Shown piece by piece: positions 24,161 through 45,296 of a stretch of 64,000 nucleotides of DNA (position 1 is its first letter; each line of letters begins with the position of its first letter). Where the stretch lies: NCBI GenBank assembly GCA_965205155.1, contig OZ242033.1:628590-692589 (forward strand), read 5' to 3'. The stretch comes from Candidatus Aldehydirespirator sp. (GTDB taxonomy: Bacteria; Actinomycetota; Acidimicrobiia; Acidimicrobiales; Aldehydirespiratoraceae). The notes under the pieces are model-generated. The model did no database searches. It was not told the origin of the DNA and worked only from the letters and a program-made list of their open reading frames with translations. The translations under genes and the position numbers were made by a program.

Positions 24161-24826
24161 ATGAGGCCGGGGGGCGGCGGCAGCGACGACGCGAGGAGCT
24201 TTCGGTCCCGGATCGTGCTGGCGGTCGTCGTGGCGGCGGTGGCCGTGCTGTGGGTGATGTCCGGGCTCGGCGCGATCGAGGTTCCCTACCTGTTCTCGGG
24301 CCGGGACGCCACCAGGCTGGTGGTGACCGACGAGTCCGACGACTGCCGGGAGGCGGGCCGGGATTGGGGCGAGGGGTGCGACGCCGCGGCCGACATCTCC
24401 ACCATCACCGTGTGGCGAGTGGGCCACCGGATCCTCATGGCCGAGTTGGAGCTGGCCGAGGCCCCGGATCTCGGGCCGGACGTGGAATGGACGGCCGAGT
24501 TCTTCGCGGAGACACAGAACGCCTTCACCGAGCAGGGCATCATCTGCGGGCTGTCCAACGCGGTCGACGGTGGCGAGTCCGGGACCGAGGCGGTGGCCTA
24601 TGCCCTCGAATTCCGCTTCTCCACCGAGCAGTTGGGACCCGAGGCCTGTGAAGGCTGGCTGGACGGCTCGTCGGCCCGGTTCGCCATCGATGTGACCGGG
24701 CAGCCGGTCGACTCGGAGGTCCGGCTGGTCGGCCTGGTGAGACTGGAGTTCCCCAACGATCCGGACCGTCGGGGCACCGCGGACGACTTCCTGGTCAAGA
24801 CGGCGCTGGCCGACCTGCCCCGTTGA
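24161..24826 (+). CDS. hypothetical membrane-anchored protein
   Basis: ORF with an N-terminal TM segment (IVLAVVVAAVAVLWVM). No family recognised. Confidence 0.5.
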   Translation: MRPGGGGSDDARSFRSRIVLAVVVAAVAVLWVMSGLGAIEVPYLFSGRDATRLVVTDESDDCREAGRDWGEGCDAAADISTITVWRVGHRILMAELELAEAPDLGPDVEWTAEFFAETQNAFTEQGIICGLSNAVDGGESGTEAVAYALEFRFSTEQLGPEACEGWLDGSSARFAIDVTGQPVDSEVRLVGLVRLEFPNDPDRRGTADDFLVKTALADLPR

Positions 24827-24842
24827 TCGGGTCTTGTCGCTC

Positions 24843-25823
24843 CTAGAGCAAGCTGGCGGCGATGGCGACTACCTCGGTCAACAGCTCGCGGTTGGCAGTC
24901 GGGCCGGGCGAGATGATGTTCACGAAGAAGGCGTCGAGGCGGTGCGCGCCGATCAGGCCCTGGAGCTGGCGGCGGCACTCCGCGGGTGTGCCCGCGATCT
25001 GGTATTCGGCCACCAGCTCGTCGGTGACGAGCCGGCCGACGGCTTCGGGGCCGCCCTCGTCGAAGGCCCGCTTCAGCCCGGCGATCTCGGCTTCGTCGAG
25101 GCCGAGGTTCTTGAGGATCCGGGGCGGGCTGTCCATGATGGCGTAGCCGTAGAGGTGCTTGGCCTCCTCGATCATCTCGGGCTTGTAGGCCAAGCGGTCG
25201 AGGTAGACGCGCGTGAGCGGGGCGCTCGCCTCCGTTCGGGCTTGGTCGGCAAGGCCGAACGCGTCGCCGAGGTCGGACTTGACCATCAGCACCAGGCCGT
25301 CGGCGTTGGTGCCGGCCAGGGCCAGCATCCTCTCGCCCCGGGCCGCGACCCAGATCGGGATCGAATGGGTGCCGGTGGTGAGTTGCGCCCCTTCCAGCGA
25401 GAGTCTCCGTCCCTCCCAGGTGACGGGCTCTCCCCGCCACAGCAGCCGGAGCGCCTCGATGGTGTCGGCCATCCGCGCCAGCGGGTCGGAACGCTCGAGG
25501 CCGATCGGACGCAGCACCATGGTGCCGCCGGCCACCAGCGTCACGAAGGCCCGGCCCCCGCTCATCTCGTCGACGGTGGCGACCGCGGCCGCGGTGGCGG
25601 CCGGGTGGCGGGTGTAGGGGTTGGTGACCGCCCCCAGGCGGATGGTGCTGGTGGCCCGGGCCGCCGCGCCGAGAACCGCGTAGACGTCCAGCATCAGGCC
25701 CTCGTCGGCCACCATGCAGTACGAGTAGCCGAGTTCCTCGGCGGCCACGATGGTGTCGATCAGCTCCGCCGAGCCCATCGTCGGCACGATCTGCAGACCG
25801 AGGGAGATGCCCTCTGCGGTCAC
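24843..25823 (-). CDS. LLM-class (luciferase-like) F420-type oxidoreductase, Mer-like
   Basis: GTG at 25823 overlaps the SDR stop (GTGA). IRLGAVTNPYTRHPAATAAAVATVDEMSGGRAFVTLVAGG closely parallels the methylene-H4MPT reductase/LLM F420 core as I recall it. Confidence 0.75.
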   Translation of the reverse strand: MTAEGISLGLQIVPTMGSAELIDTIVAAEELGYSYCMVADEGLMLDVYAVLGAAARATSTIRLGAVTNPYTRHPAATAAAVATVDEMSGGRAFVTLVAGGTMVLRPIGLERSDPLARMADTIEALRLLWRGEPVTWEGRRLSLEGAQLTTGTHSIPIWVAARGERMLALAGTNADGLVLMVKSDLGDAFGLADQARTEASAPLTRVYLDRLAYKPEMIEEAKHLYGYAIMDSPPRILKNLGLDEAEIAGLKRAFDEGGPEAVGRLVTDELVAEYQIAGTPAECRRQLQGLIGAHRLDAFFVNIISPGPTANRELLTEVVAIAASLL

Positions 25824-26545
25824 GGCGCGGTGTCCTGCCAGGGGTCGCGAATCGGCCGGATGACGACGGGGCCAATGTCGATGCGCCGGTCGGTCTCGAC
25901 CAAGTCGGCCACCAGTTCGCCCACGCCGTCGGCGGGCATCATGCGAGCCCGCACTGGCGCGGGCGCCTTGCGGTCCCACAGTCCCGTATCGATCTGCGCG
26001 GGGCAGACGGTGATGACCCTTATGCCCCGATCCCGCCCCTCCAGCCGGAGAACCTCGCCGAGCGCGTTCATCCCACCCTTGGATGCGGCGTAGGCGGCGT
26101 TGCCCTCGAAGGCCTGGACCGCGGCGATACTGCTGATCAGCACGATCTGCCCGCCGGCCGCAGCCAGCGGTTCCCAACCGGCGCTGGTGAGGGCCATGAC
26201 CGCGCTCAGGTTGATGTTGATGACGCGGCGCCAGTGGTCCGCGCTGGCCTCGGGCACGGTTGCCTTCTCGAAGGTGCCCGCGCTGTGAACGATCACGTCG
26301 AGGCGGCCGTGCGCATCGAGGGTCTCCGCAACGACCCGCTCAGGCTCGCCGGGTTCGGTCAAGTCCGCGGCCAAGGCCACCGCAGGCGCGCCCAGCCTCT
26401 CGACAGCAGCCTTCAGCCGGTCCTCCCGCCGTCCGACAAGCACACAGCGGGTGCCCCGGGCCGACAGGGCGGATGCGCAGGCCGCGCCGATGCCGGTGCC
26501 GCCCCCGGTGACGATCGCCACTGGTTCGGTGCCGGTGTCCGTCAT
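25820..26545 (-). CDS. SDR-family oxidoreductase
   Basis: Start at MTDTGTEPVAIVTGGGTGIGAA (26545). TGxxxGxG and YxxxK-type (AYAASK) motifs. Confidence 0.85.
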   Translation of the reverse strand: MTDTGTEPVAIVTGGGTGIGAACASALSARGTRCVLVGRREDRLKAAVERLGAPAVALAADLTEPGEPERVVAETLDAHGRLDVIVHSAGTFEKATVPEASADHWRRVININLSAVMALTSAGWEPLAAAGGQIVLISSIAAVQAFEGNAAYAASKGGMNALGEVLRLEGRDRGIRVITVCPAQIDTGLWDRKAPAPVRARMMPADGVGELVADLVETDRRIDIGPVVIRPIRDPWQDTAP

Positions 26546-26552
26546 GGGTGGC

Positions 26553-27512
26553 TCACCCGAAGAAGGAGGCGGTGAGCACCTCATGGTTGATGAACCCCGC
26601 GCTGAAGGTCCGGCCGCTGGCCAGGTTGGTGAGGTGGATCTCGGCGGGGGAGTGCAGCTCTATGGGGATCTCGTAGAAGTCCCGCCCGGCGTCCTCGTAG
26701 ATCTCGATGAAGGGGCGTCCGTAGGCGGAGCTGGCCATCGACACCACCCGGTCGACGATCTCGGCGCACTGGGCGTCGTCGCCGTCGACGGTCACGTTGG
26801 AGATGCCGCCGTACAGCAGGCTGTCGTTGATGCGGCCCATCGAGATCAGGTCGTCGTCCACCAGGGGCGGCACCACCCCCAGGCCGTAGGCGCAGCGCAG
26901 GCCGCGCAGGTCCATGCCCTCCTCGGCGAGGCGGTGTATGGACTGCTCCACGATGCGGGCCGCCACCTGCACCGCGGTCACGAGGCTCCGGTTCGGCGCG
27001 AACAGCACGTAGAGGTCGCTGGGGGCTACCCGGCACGCCGAGGCGATCATGTCGGCTATGGCCACCGGGATCGGCTCGGAGGTCTGGATGGCCACCACCG
27101 ACTCGTGATGGTCGTCGCGGTAGTCGATCCACTCGAAGTAGTGGTCCAGGCTGTCGCGGTTCAGGGCCCGTCCCGGTCCGGCCAGGATGGCGGCGTGCTC
27201 GGTGCCGGGCGCCTGCAGGCGCCAGCCCGCGATCTGCGACGCCACGCAGGCCTCGATGGGGTGGTCGATCATCACCCGCACCGCAGTGAGCATCCGCCCG
27301 TCCAGATCGAAGGGTTCGTAGCTGACGATGCCCAGCCCCCCCAGGCTGACCAGGGTGTAGAGCTGGGCGGCCCGCCAGCCTCCCCTGGCCTCGAGGCCCA
27401 TGTCGATGACGGTGGCTCCGTTGTGGAGCCGGTCCACGGACACGCCCAGCGCGTCGGCCTCGTCCAGGATGAGCCGCACCGTCTTCATGGCCTCGCGGTT
27501 GACGCTGATCAT
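26553..27512 (-). CDS. mch: methenyltetrahydromethanopterin cyclohydrolase (Mch) homologue
   Basis: Start MISVNREAM at 27512 with GGAGG upstream. It runs colinear with archaeal/methylotroph Mch along the whole ~319 aa by eye (SVN…NGATVID.G…GGLG…DHP…ASQIAGW…GPGRAL…APN.S…VQVAARIVE…GRINDSLLYGG…GDD…YG.PF…DFY.I…F.PAE). Confidence 0.8.
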   Translation of the reverse strand: MISVNREAMKTVRLILDEADALGVSVDRLHNGATVIDMGLEARGGWRAAQLYTLVSLGGLGIVSYEPFDLDGRMLTAVRVMIDHPIEACVASQIAGWRLQAPGTEHAAILAGPGRALNRDSLDHYFEWIDYRDDHHESVVAIQTSEPIPVAIADMIASACRVAPSDLYVLFAPNRSLVTAVQVAARIVEQSIHRLAEEGMDLRGLRCAYGLGVVPPLVDDDLISMGRINDSLLYGGISNVTVDGDDAQCAEIVDRVVSMASSAYGRPFIEIYEDAGRDFYEIPIELHSPAEIHLTNLASGRTFSAGFINHEVLTASFFG

Positions 27513-27543
27513 GGCTGCCTCCTGCTGCCGGTGCGGGTCTGCC

Positions 27544-28326
27544 TCAGGCGGGGGTGGACTCGCGGGCGCCCAGGGCTGCGTCGACCGGGAGGATGGCGCC
27601 GTTGAGGTAGCTGGCCTCGGGCGAGGCCGCGAACAGGATGGCCGCGGTGACCTCCTCCGGCCGCCCGAAGCGTCCCTCGGGGATGTGGCGCTGGATGGCG
27701 GTCTGCAGGTCGGGGTCACGCATCCCGGCCAGCAGGGCCTCGGTGGCTATGAGCCCGGGCGCCACCGCGTTGACCCTCACGCCCTTGGGGCCCAACTCCA
27801 GGGCCATGGCCCGGGTCAGCCCCTCGACCGCACCCTTCGACGCGATGTAGGCACAGCGGTTGACCACCGCCAGCCGGGCCAGGATCGAGCTGACGTGAAC
27901 GATGGCGCCGCGGCCCCGCTCGACCATGCCCGGTGCCACCAGCCGGCTCAGCTGCAGCAGACCCCTCACGTTGGCCCGCCAGACCGTGTCGAAGGCCTCG
28001 AGGGACAGGTCGAACATCGAGGAGCGGTCGATGAGGGCGGCGTTGTTGACCAGGATCGACACCGCTCCCAGCGAGGCCTCGACATCGGAAGCGAGCCGGC
28101 CGACGTCGGCCTCGTTGCCGATGTCGGCCTGGAACACCTCGGCCGTCCCGCCGGCATCGGCGATGGCCTGCCGGGTGGCGTCAGCTCCGTCGGCGTCGCT
28201 GCGGTAGTTGACCGCGACCCGGGCGCCCTCGGCCGCGAAGGCTCGAGCGGTGGCCGCGCCGATGCCCCTGGATGAGCCGGTCACCAGGACGGTGTCGCCT
28301 TCGAAGCGGTCGGGTCTCACGATCAT
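27544..28326 (-). CDS. SDR-family oxidoreductase
   Basis: Start MIVRPDRFEGDTVLVTGSSRGIG at 28326 (ATGA overlap with the lipoyl-domain gene). YIASK catalytic motif. Confidence 0.85.
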   Translation of the reverse strand: MIVRPDRFEGDTVLVTGSSRGIGAATARAFAAEGARVAVNYRSDADGADATRQAIADAGGTAEVFQADIGNEADVGRLASDVEASLGAVSILVNNAALIDRSSMFDLSLEAFDTVWRANVRGLLQLSRLVAPGMVERGRGAIVHVSSILARLAVVNRCAYIASKGAVEGLTRAMALELGPKGVRVNAVAPGLIATEALLAGMRDPDLQTAIQRHIPEGRFGRPEEVTAAILFAASPEASYLNGAILPVDAALGARESTPA

Positions 28327-28592
28327 CCCCCTCCGATGGCCGCAGCCTCGGCCTCGTTGTCGGCGATGACGGCCAGCACTGTGCCGACGTCGACGGTCTC
28401 GTCCTCGTCTACGAGTATCCGGGCCACCACGCCGGCGCACGGCGCCTCCAGCTCGTTCTCCACCTTCTCGGTCTCCACCTCCGCGATCACCTCGCCCTCC
28501 ACGACGTGTTCGCCCTCGTCGACGTACCAGGCCACGACGGTGCCGTCCTCCATCGTCAGCCCCCACTTGGGCAGGATCACATCAGTGGCCAT
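28323..28592 (-). CDS. free-standing lipoyl-attachment domain protein (89 aa)
   Basis: Lipoyl-domain pattern with the lysine motif (VIAEVETEKVENELEAPCAGVV). GAGGAG SD. No E2 catalytic core follows. Confidence 0.8.
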   Translation of the reverse strand: MATDVILPKWGLTMEDGTVVAWYVDEGEHVVEGEVIAEVETEKVENELEAPCAGVVARILVDEDETVDVGTVLAVIADNEAEAAAIGGG

Positions 28593-28617
28593 TCAGATCT
28601 CCTCGTGCATCGTGTGG

Positions 28618-30640
<2,023 letters not shown>

Positions 30641-30641
<1 letters not shown>

Positions 30642-31315
30642 TAAGTCTCCTTCGTGTTGGCGATGAACTCCGCCCAGGGGATGCGGGGCAGGTGGTAGGC
30701 GCCATCGTCCACCGTGCGGAGGAAGGTACGCAAGCCGAGCCGACCGATGGGTCCGAGCCTCAGAGCGTCGATGCGGCCCCTCTCGTCGCAGACGGCCGCG
30801 TCGTAGGCCGCCCACACCACTTCGGCGATCACCAGATGGACCTCTCCGAACGGCAGGCCCGGCGTGCCTAAGTCCACCACCTGGCGCACTTCGCACTCCA
30901 GCCGGGCCAGCGCTTCGCCGATGGCCGGCGATGTCACCCTTGTGGCCGGCACGGGGGTCCACCCGGCCAGCTCGAACTCGTCGACCTCGCTGGGAGCCTC
31001 CATGGCGACCGTCTCGATCCGGTCGCGGAATGCCTCAGTGGTGACGTTGATGACGAAGTCGCCGCTGGCCATGGCGTTGGTGTAGGTGTCCTTGAGCTCC
31101 CCGCTCTCGCGCAGGCCCATGGTGATGCCCACCAGCATGGGATCGCCGGTGATGGGCAGGTAGTAGCTCATGGGCGCGATGTTGTTGACCCCTTCGGGGC
31201 TGCGGGTCGAGACCATGGCGATGGGGCGGGGCACCACCAGTTGCGACAGCATGTACTGCCGCTCCATCGGCGGGTGCTCGGCCGGGTCGAAGACGACGGT
31301 GCGCTCAGGGTCCAC
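30641..31315 (-). CDS. flavin reductase-like FMN-binding (split-barrel) protein
   Basis: FDPAEHPPMERQYMLSQLVVPRPIAMVST is a typical flavin-reductase N-terminus. The GTG start at 31315 is tentative. Confidence 0.7.
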
Positions 31316-31368
31316 GGGTGCTGGTCGCAGTCCTCGTCTCGTGGCGCCGTCGGTGAGGCGGGGGCTGA

Positions 31369-32538
31369 TCAGGCGCCGTTGGCGGGCCAGTGCTCGCGGT
31401 AGCGCTTCACCAGCCAGCGGTTGAACTGGACCAGGGTCTCCTCCTGCCACGAGTAGCGGCCGCGCGGGGCGAGATGGGAGTTGAGCCCCATCTGGGTCAT
31501 GGCGTCCACGTAGATGTCCTGCTGGTTGAAGTTGTTGACGCCCTCCTCGGCCGCCTTGAACAGGTAGTCGAAGAGGGGATCCTCCAGCGCCGACGGCTCC
31601 AGGCAGTAGCCGATCTGGATGGTGATGTGGCCGGCGTCCTGCGGGCTGATGATGAAGTAGGCCACCTCGTCGGGGACGATGGCCAGAGCCAGGGTGGGCG
31701 GGATCAGCACGAAGCCGCCCCGCTTGCGCTGCTCTTCGGTGAGATTCGAGAACACGGGGAGGATGCAGCGCTGGGTGGGATTGAAGGAGCTGTCGATGTC
31801 GGTGAAGTGCTGGATCCGGCCGATGGCGCCGTCGGTGTCGTCCCAGGGCAGGAAGTCGTTCATGTGGCTGGGGGCGAAGGTCTGCAGCGGCCCGTGGAGC
31901 CGGCTGGCGTGGTAGGGGTCGTTGAAGTTCTCCATCATGACCTTCCAGTTCCACGGCAGGTCGGGAATCGTCTTGCCCTCCAATGTTGTGGTCGACTCCA
32001 GGCCGTAGTTGGTGAGCATGGCGTCGATCTTGGTCATGGTCGGACCGAACGGCCGGGCGTTGCGGTCGAAGTTGGCCATGATGAACCCCTGCCAGATCTC
32101 CACCTTGAGTTGCGGGAGCGGATGATCGGTCCGGTCGAAGCCGGCGGCCCGGTCCATGGCCGGCGCGCCCAGCAGAGCGCCGTCCAGTCCGTAGGACCAG
32201 TGGTGGTAGGGGCAGGTGAAGCGGCGGCAGTTGCCGGACCCCTCCGCGATCACCATGCCCCGGTGGCGGCACACGGCCGACATCACCCGCAGCTCGCCGT
32301 CGGAGTCCCGGGCGGCTATCAGCGGCTCGCCCGCGATGGTGATGCAGCGGAAGTCCCCCGGCTCGGGCAGCTGGTCGATCCGGCCCACGCACAGCCACTC
32401 CCGCTGGAAGATGGCCCGCCGCTCGAACTCGTAGAACTCCGCCGACGTGTACAGGACGGGCGGCAGCAGCCGGGCCTCGTCCACCGGCCCCACGGAGGAG
32501 CCGAAGCTGTCCAGAAGGTCGCCGGTCAGCACTGTCAT
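31369..32538 (-). CDS. Rieske (2Fe-2S) / non-haem-iron oxygenase alpha subunit
   Basis: Start MTVLTGD at 32538 (GGAGAC upstream). CRHRG…CPYHHW and ENFNDPYHASRLH. Confidence 0.85.
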   Translation of the reverse strand: MTVLTGDLLDSFGSSVGPVDEARLLPPVLYTSAEFYEFERRAIFQREWLCVGRIDQLPEPGDFRCITIAGEPLIAARDSDGELRVMSAVCRHRGMVIAEGSGNCRRFTCPYHHWSYGLDGALLGAPAMDRAAGFDRTDHPLPQLKVEIWQGFIMANFDRNARPFGPTMTKIDAMLTNYGLESTTTLEGKTIPDLPWNWKVMMENFNDPYHASRLHGPLQTFAPSHMNDFLPWDDTDGAIGRIQHFTDIDSSFNPTQRCILPVFSNLTEEQRKRGGFVLIPPTLALAIVPDEVAYFIISPQDAGHITIQIGYCLEPSALEDPLFDYLFKAAEEGVNNFNQQDIYVDAMTQMGLNSHLAPRGRYSWQEETLVQFNRWLVKRYREHWPANGA

Positions 32539-32672
32539 GGCTCGTGTCTCCGCTAGGTCTGAGCGCGTGGCGGGATGATGTCCCTTGCCGCTGAACCTAG
32601 TTCGTCGGCTCAAGCCGCCATATATCGGGAGCGCTGGCCCGCATGTCGAGTTGGGGAGAGGTGGGCTTCTGC

Positions 32673-32873
32673 CTAGACGACTAGGGCGACGGTGACCAGC
32701 GCTCCTGCGAACGCCGCGACCATTATCAGCGCGACCCTCATCATCGTCTTGGTCAGCTCCGCAATCTCCTTGTGCAGTTCGGCGATCAGTCTCGACTCCA
32801 GCACCTGCAAGTCCTTGGTTGTGGCCAGCGTGTCCGTCGGCACGGCCGGCGAGGGCATGTCTGCGGCTGCCAT
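32673..32873 (-). CDS. small coiled-coil, C-terminally anchored membrane protein
   Basis: ORF 32673..32906. ATG at 32873 preferred (GAGAGGGG upstream). KDLQVLESRLIAELHKEIAEL followed by a TM tail (VALIMVAAFAGALVTVALVV). Confidence 0.45.
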   Translation of the reverse strand: MAAADMPSPAVPTDTLATTKDLQVLESRLIAELHKEIAELTKTMMRVALIMVAAFAGALVTVALVV

Positions 32874-32906
32874 CTCATCAACCCCTCTCAGACTCGTGGT
32901 GATCAA

Positions 32907-32966
32907 TGCTCATGTTGGTCAGTTTAGATGGTAATATAACATGAATCATGAAAATGTATTCGTAGC
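32907..32966 (-). promoter_or_regulatory. AT-rich intergenic island downstream of the amidase gene / upstream of the small membrane-protein gene
   Basis: Minus sense …CATTTTCATGATTCATGTTATATTACCATCTAAAC…. It shares ATTTTCATG / CATGTTAT with the island at 13680-13717. Confidence 0.3.
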
Positions 32967-34577
32967 TCAATCGATGTTGGAAGTCGTAGCCTCCTGGAGG
33001 GCCGTGCCGATCTGCAGGCACAGGGCGTCAGCGTGGGGCGGGGCGACTATCTGGACGGCCGCGGGGCGGCCCTCGTCGAGTCCGGCCGGCACAACCAGCG
33101 CGGGGTTGCCGGTGACGTTGAACGGAAGGAAGTTGCGGGCGACCTTGTCGAGCCAGAGCCGGTCGCCGTCATCGAAGAAGGTGGCCGGGTCGGGCGCGGA
33201 GGTCGGCGTGGCCGCGCTGACCAGTACGTCCACCCGATCGAACACCGCGTCGAGATCGGCCTGCACCAGACTGCGAGCCCGAAGCGCCCGCAAGTAGTCG
33301 GAGGCGCTGGTTCGTGCCCCGGCTGCGAGCCGGCAGGCGGCTGAGGGAGTGAACTCTTCGATGCGGTGAAGGTTGCCGGTGTGATGCGCGGCGAACTCCA
33401 CCACCGTGATGACCCAGGCGATGATGCCGGCCAGCTCGGCGTGAGGGAACGGGACAGGCACGACGGTGCAGCCGAGGTCCTCGAGTTGGGCGAGCGCATC
33501 TGACAGGGCCTGGGCCACCCTCGGTGAGGAGCCCTCGGGCAGCCATCCGGCGGGGACCCCGACGCGCAGACCCTGCACCGGAGGCCCGATGGCCCGGTAG
33601 TCGGGTACCGCGCTGTCCGACGAGTACGGGTCGGCCTGGTTGCCGCCTGCGACAACGCTCAGCACCAACCCCAGATCCTCGACGGTGCGGGCCATGGGAC
33701 CCGCATGGTCCAGCGTCCAGGACACCCCGAAGACGCCGTCGCGGGGCACCCGACCGAACGTCGGCTTCAGCCCATTCACACCGCAGTACGACGACGGCAC
33801 CCGGATCGAGCCGCCGGTATCGGTGCCGAGTGCCACACAGAAGAACCCGGCCGCCAGTCCGGCGGCGGAGCCCGAGGAGCTTCCTCCTGCCCAGCGGCCG
33901 GGCGCGCTCGGGTTTCTCACGCCGTTGCCGGTCTCGTCGCCGAAGGCGAACTCCGGCGTGGTGGTCTTTCCCACGATGATCGCGCCCGCATCCCGGAGAC
34001 GAGCCACGACGGTGGCGTCGGATGCCGGAACATGGTCGGCGAACAGTGTCGATCCGGCCGCGGTGCGCAGCCCCCGGGTGTTGATGATGTCCTTCACTCC
34101 GATGGGGACGCCCTCCAGCGGCCCGGCGCTGCCCTCTCGCCAGCGACTGGCCGAGCGCGCCGCCTGGTCCCGGGCGGTGCCGTCAAGGGTGACCACCGCT
34201 CCGATGGCGGCGCCGTCGCCGTTGATCCGGGCCAGACAGGCGTCGATCACCTCGACCGGGTCGAACGCGCCGGTCCGGTAACCCTCCAGCAGCGCCGCCG
34301 CGCTGAGGTCGGACAGGTCCCCACCGCCGAACTTCGGCGGTGATCCTGCGGCCTCGCCACTTCGAGGTTGGAGCCCGCCGGAATCCGGATCGGCATCGGA
34401 CAACCAGCGGTCGGCCGCCGCGGGACCGACAGTGTCGGGGAACGGCTCGCTCAGCGAGCGCAGCCCGGCAAGCTTGTCGCCCAGGGTGGCCTGGGACGCC
34501 GCGGCTGCAGCCAGGATCTCCGCGGGGATCTCGGCGCTTCCGTCCGTGACCGGCCAACTGTCGGCCGCCGCGGTCAC
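32967..34577 (-). CDS. amidase (amidase-signature family)
   Basis: GTG at 34577 overlaps the PPTase stop (GTGA). AS signature GGSSSGSAAGLAAG. Long N-terminal extension, so the start is uncertain. Confidence 0.8.
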   Translation of the reverse strand: MTAAADSWPVTDGSAEIPAEILAAAAASQATLGDKLAGLRSLSEPFPDTVGPAAADRWLSDADPDSGGLQPRSGEAAGSPPKFGGGDLSDLSAAALLEGYRTGAFDPVEVIDACLARINGDGAAIGAVVTLDGTARDQAARSASRWREGSAGPLEGVPIGVKDIINTRGLRTAAGSTLFADHVPASDATVVARLRDAGAIIVGKTTTPEFAFGDETGNGVRNPSAPGRWAGGSSSGSAAGLAAGFFCVALGTDTGGSIRVPSSYCGVNGLKPTFGRVPRDGVFGVSWTLDHAGPMARTVEDLGLVLSVVAGGNQADPYSSDSAVPDYRAIGPPVQGLRVGVPAGWLPEGSSPRVAQALSDALAQLEDLGCTVVPVPFPHAELAGIIAWVITVVEFAAHHTGNLHRIEEFTPSAACRLAAGARTSASDYLRALRARSLVQADLDAVFDRVDVLVSAATPTSAPDPATFFDDGDRLWLDKVARNFLPFNVTGNPALVVPAGLDEGRPAAVQIVAPPHADALCLQIGTALQEATTSNID

Positions 34578-35284
34578 CGACCGGCATCCTCGTAAGCGAC
34601 CGCGGCCGCGAACTCGTCGGTGCCGATGTTGTGGAGTCTCCAAGCGACGTCGGGCAGGTCAGCGAACCGGAAGCAGCCGCTCGCGGCACCGTCGCGCATG
34701 GCCGGCGGGATCTCGAAGCGGGCGACATCCAATGACAGGCCCATACCGTGGGCCTTGCTCAGCGCTTCCTTCATCGTCCACAGATCGAAGAACAGCTCTA
34801 GTCGGCGCTGTCCCCGCACTGCGGCCAGCTCGCTCTGCTCGTTGGGCCCGAACACGGCCGCGATCAACTCTGCGACATTGGGATGGGGGATCCTCTCCTC
34901 GACGTCGACGCCTATCTCTCCTCCGGGCGAGAGCGCGATCAAGCCGTGGCGACCGCTATGGCTCACGTTGAAGCTGATCGGGGCCGGCCGGCCGCGTACG
35001 GTGGCCGACGGCTTGTTGTGCTCGGAGGCCTCGAAGGCGAGATGCTCGTTACGGCAATCGAGCCTGTGGCACAGCACCGACCGGAGCACGGCCCGACACA
35101 GCGTGAACCGCCGCCTGGGGCTGTCGTGCACGAACCGGTCCCGCCGCTGCTGTTCGTCGCGGTCCAGCCACCGTAAGGCGCCGTCCTCGTGCCCGCCGCC
35201 GGGCGACAGGTCTACGTGCAGTACCCGGATCTCATCGATGGCGCGGAACTGGCTGCACCAGTCGTCTGGCTCTCGCGCCTTCAC
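34574..35284 (-). CDS. 4-prime-phosphopantetheinyl transferase (Sfp type)
   Basis: Motifs FNVSHSG, GVDVEE and WTMKEALSKA. Confidence 0.85.
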   Translation of the reverse strand: MKAREPDDWCSQFRAIDEIRVLHVDLSPGGGHEDGALRWLDRDEQQRRDRFVHDSPRRRFTLCRAVLRSVLCHRLDCRNEHLAFEASEHNKPSATVRGRPAPISFNVSHSGRHGLIALSPGGEIGVDVEERIPHPNVAELIAAVFGPNEQSELAAVRGQRRLELFFDLWTMKEALSKAHGMGLSLDVARFEIPPAMRDGAASGCFRFADLPDVAWRLHNIGTDEFAAAVAYEDAGR

Positions 35285-35338
35285 AGGAATGGGCGCGAGG
35301 GTACTCTCCGGACGGAGAGGAGCCCGAAGGTCTGCGGG

Positions 35339-35584
35339 TCAGCCCGAGTTGGCGTCGAGGTACGCGATCAGATCTCCCGGCGTGAGCAGCCCGGCGAACT
35401 CGTCGGCCGGAATGTCGATGCCGAACTCCTCGCATACGAGCCGCCAGAACGCCACAACATCGGCGGAGCTGACGCCCGCATCGATGATGTTGAGGTCCAG
35501 TCTTATCGGCTGACCTTCGGACCTGCCCTCGATCTGCAGGTTGGCGTCCACAAGCGCTCGAATGCGTTCTTCGGTGGAGGACAT
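35339..35584 (-). CDS. discrete carrier protein (ACP/PCP-like, 81 aa)
   Basis: Size, acidic helical character and the helix-II-like IIDAGVSSADVVAF. The attachment motif is atypical (GVSS instead of GxDS). Confidence 0.6.
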   Translation of the reverse strand: MSSTEERIRALVDANLQIEGRSEGQPIRLDLNIIDAGVSSADVVAFWRLVCEEFGIDIPADEFAGLLTPGDLIAYLDANSG

Positions 35585-35657
35585 CGGAGGGGTTCCTTTC
35601 TGTTACGTCTTGGGAGACCGCGGCAGCCTAGGGAGCCATCGATATCGCGTCAACCGG

Positions 35658-45288
<9,631 letters not shown>

Positions 45289-45296
<8 letters not shown>

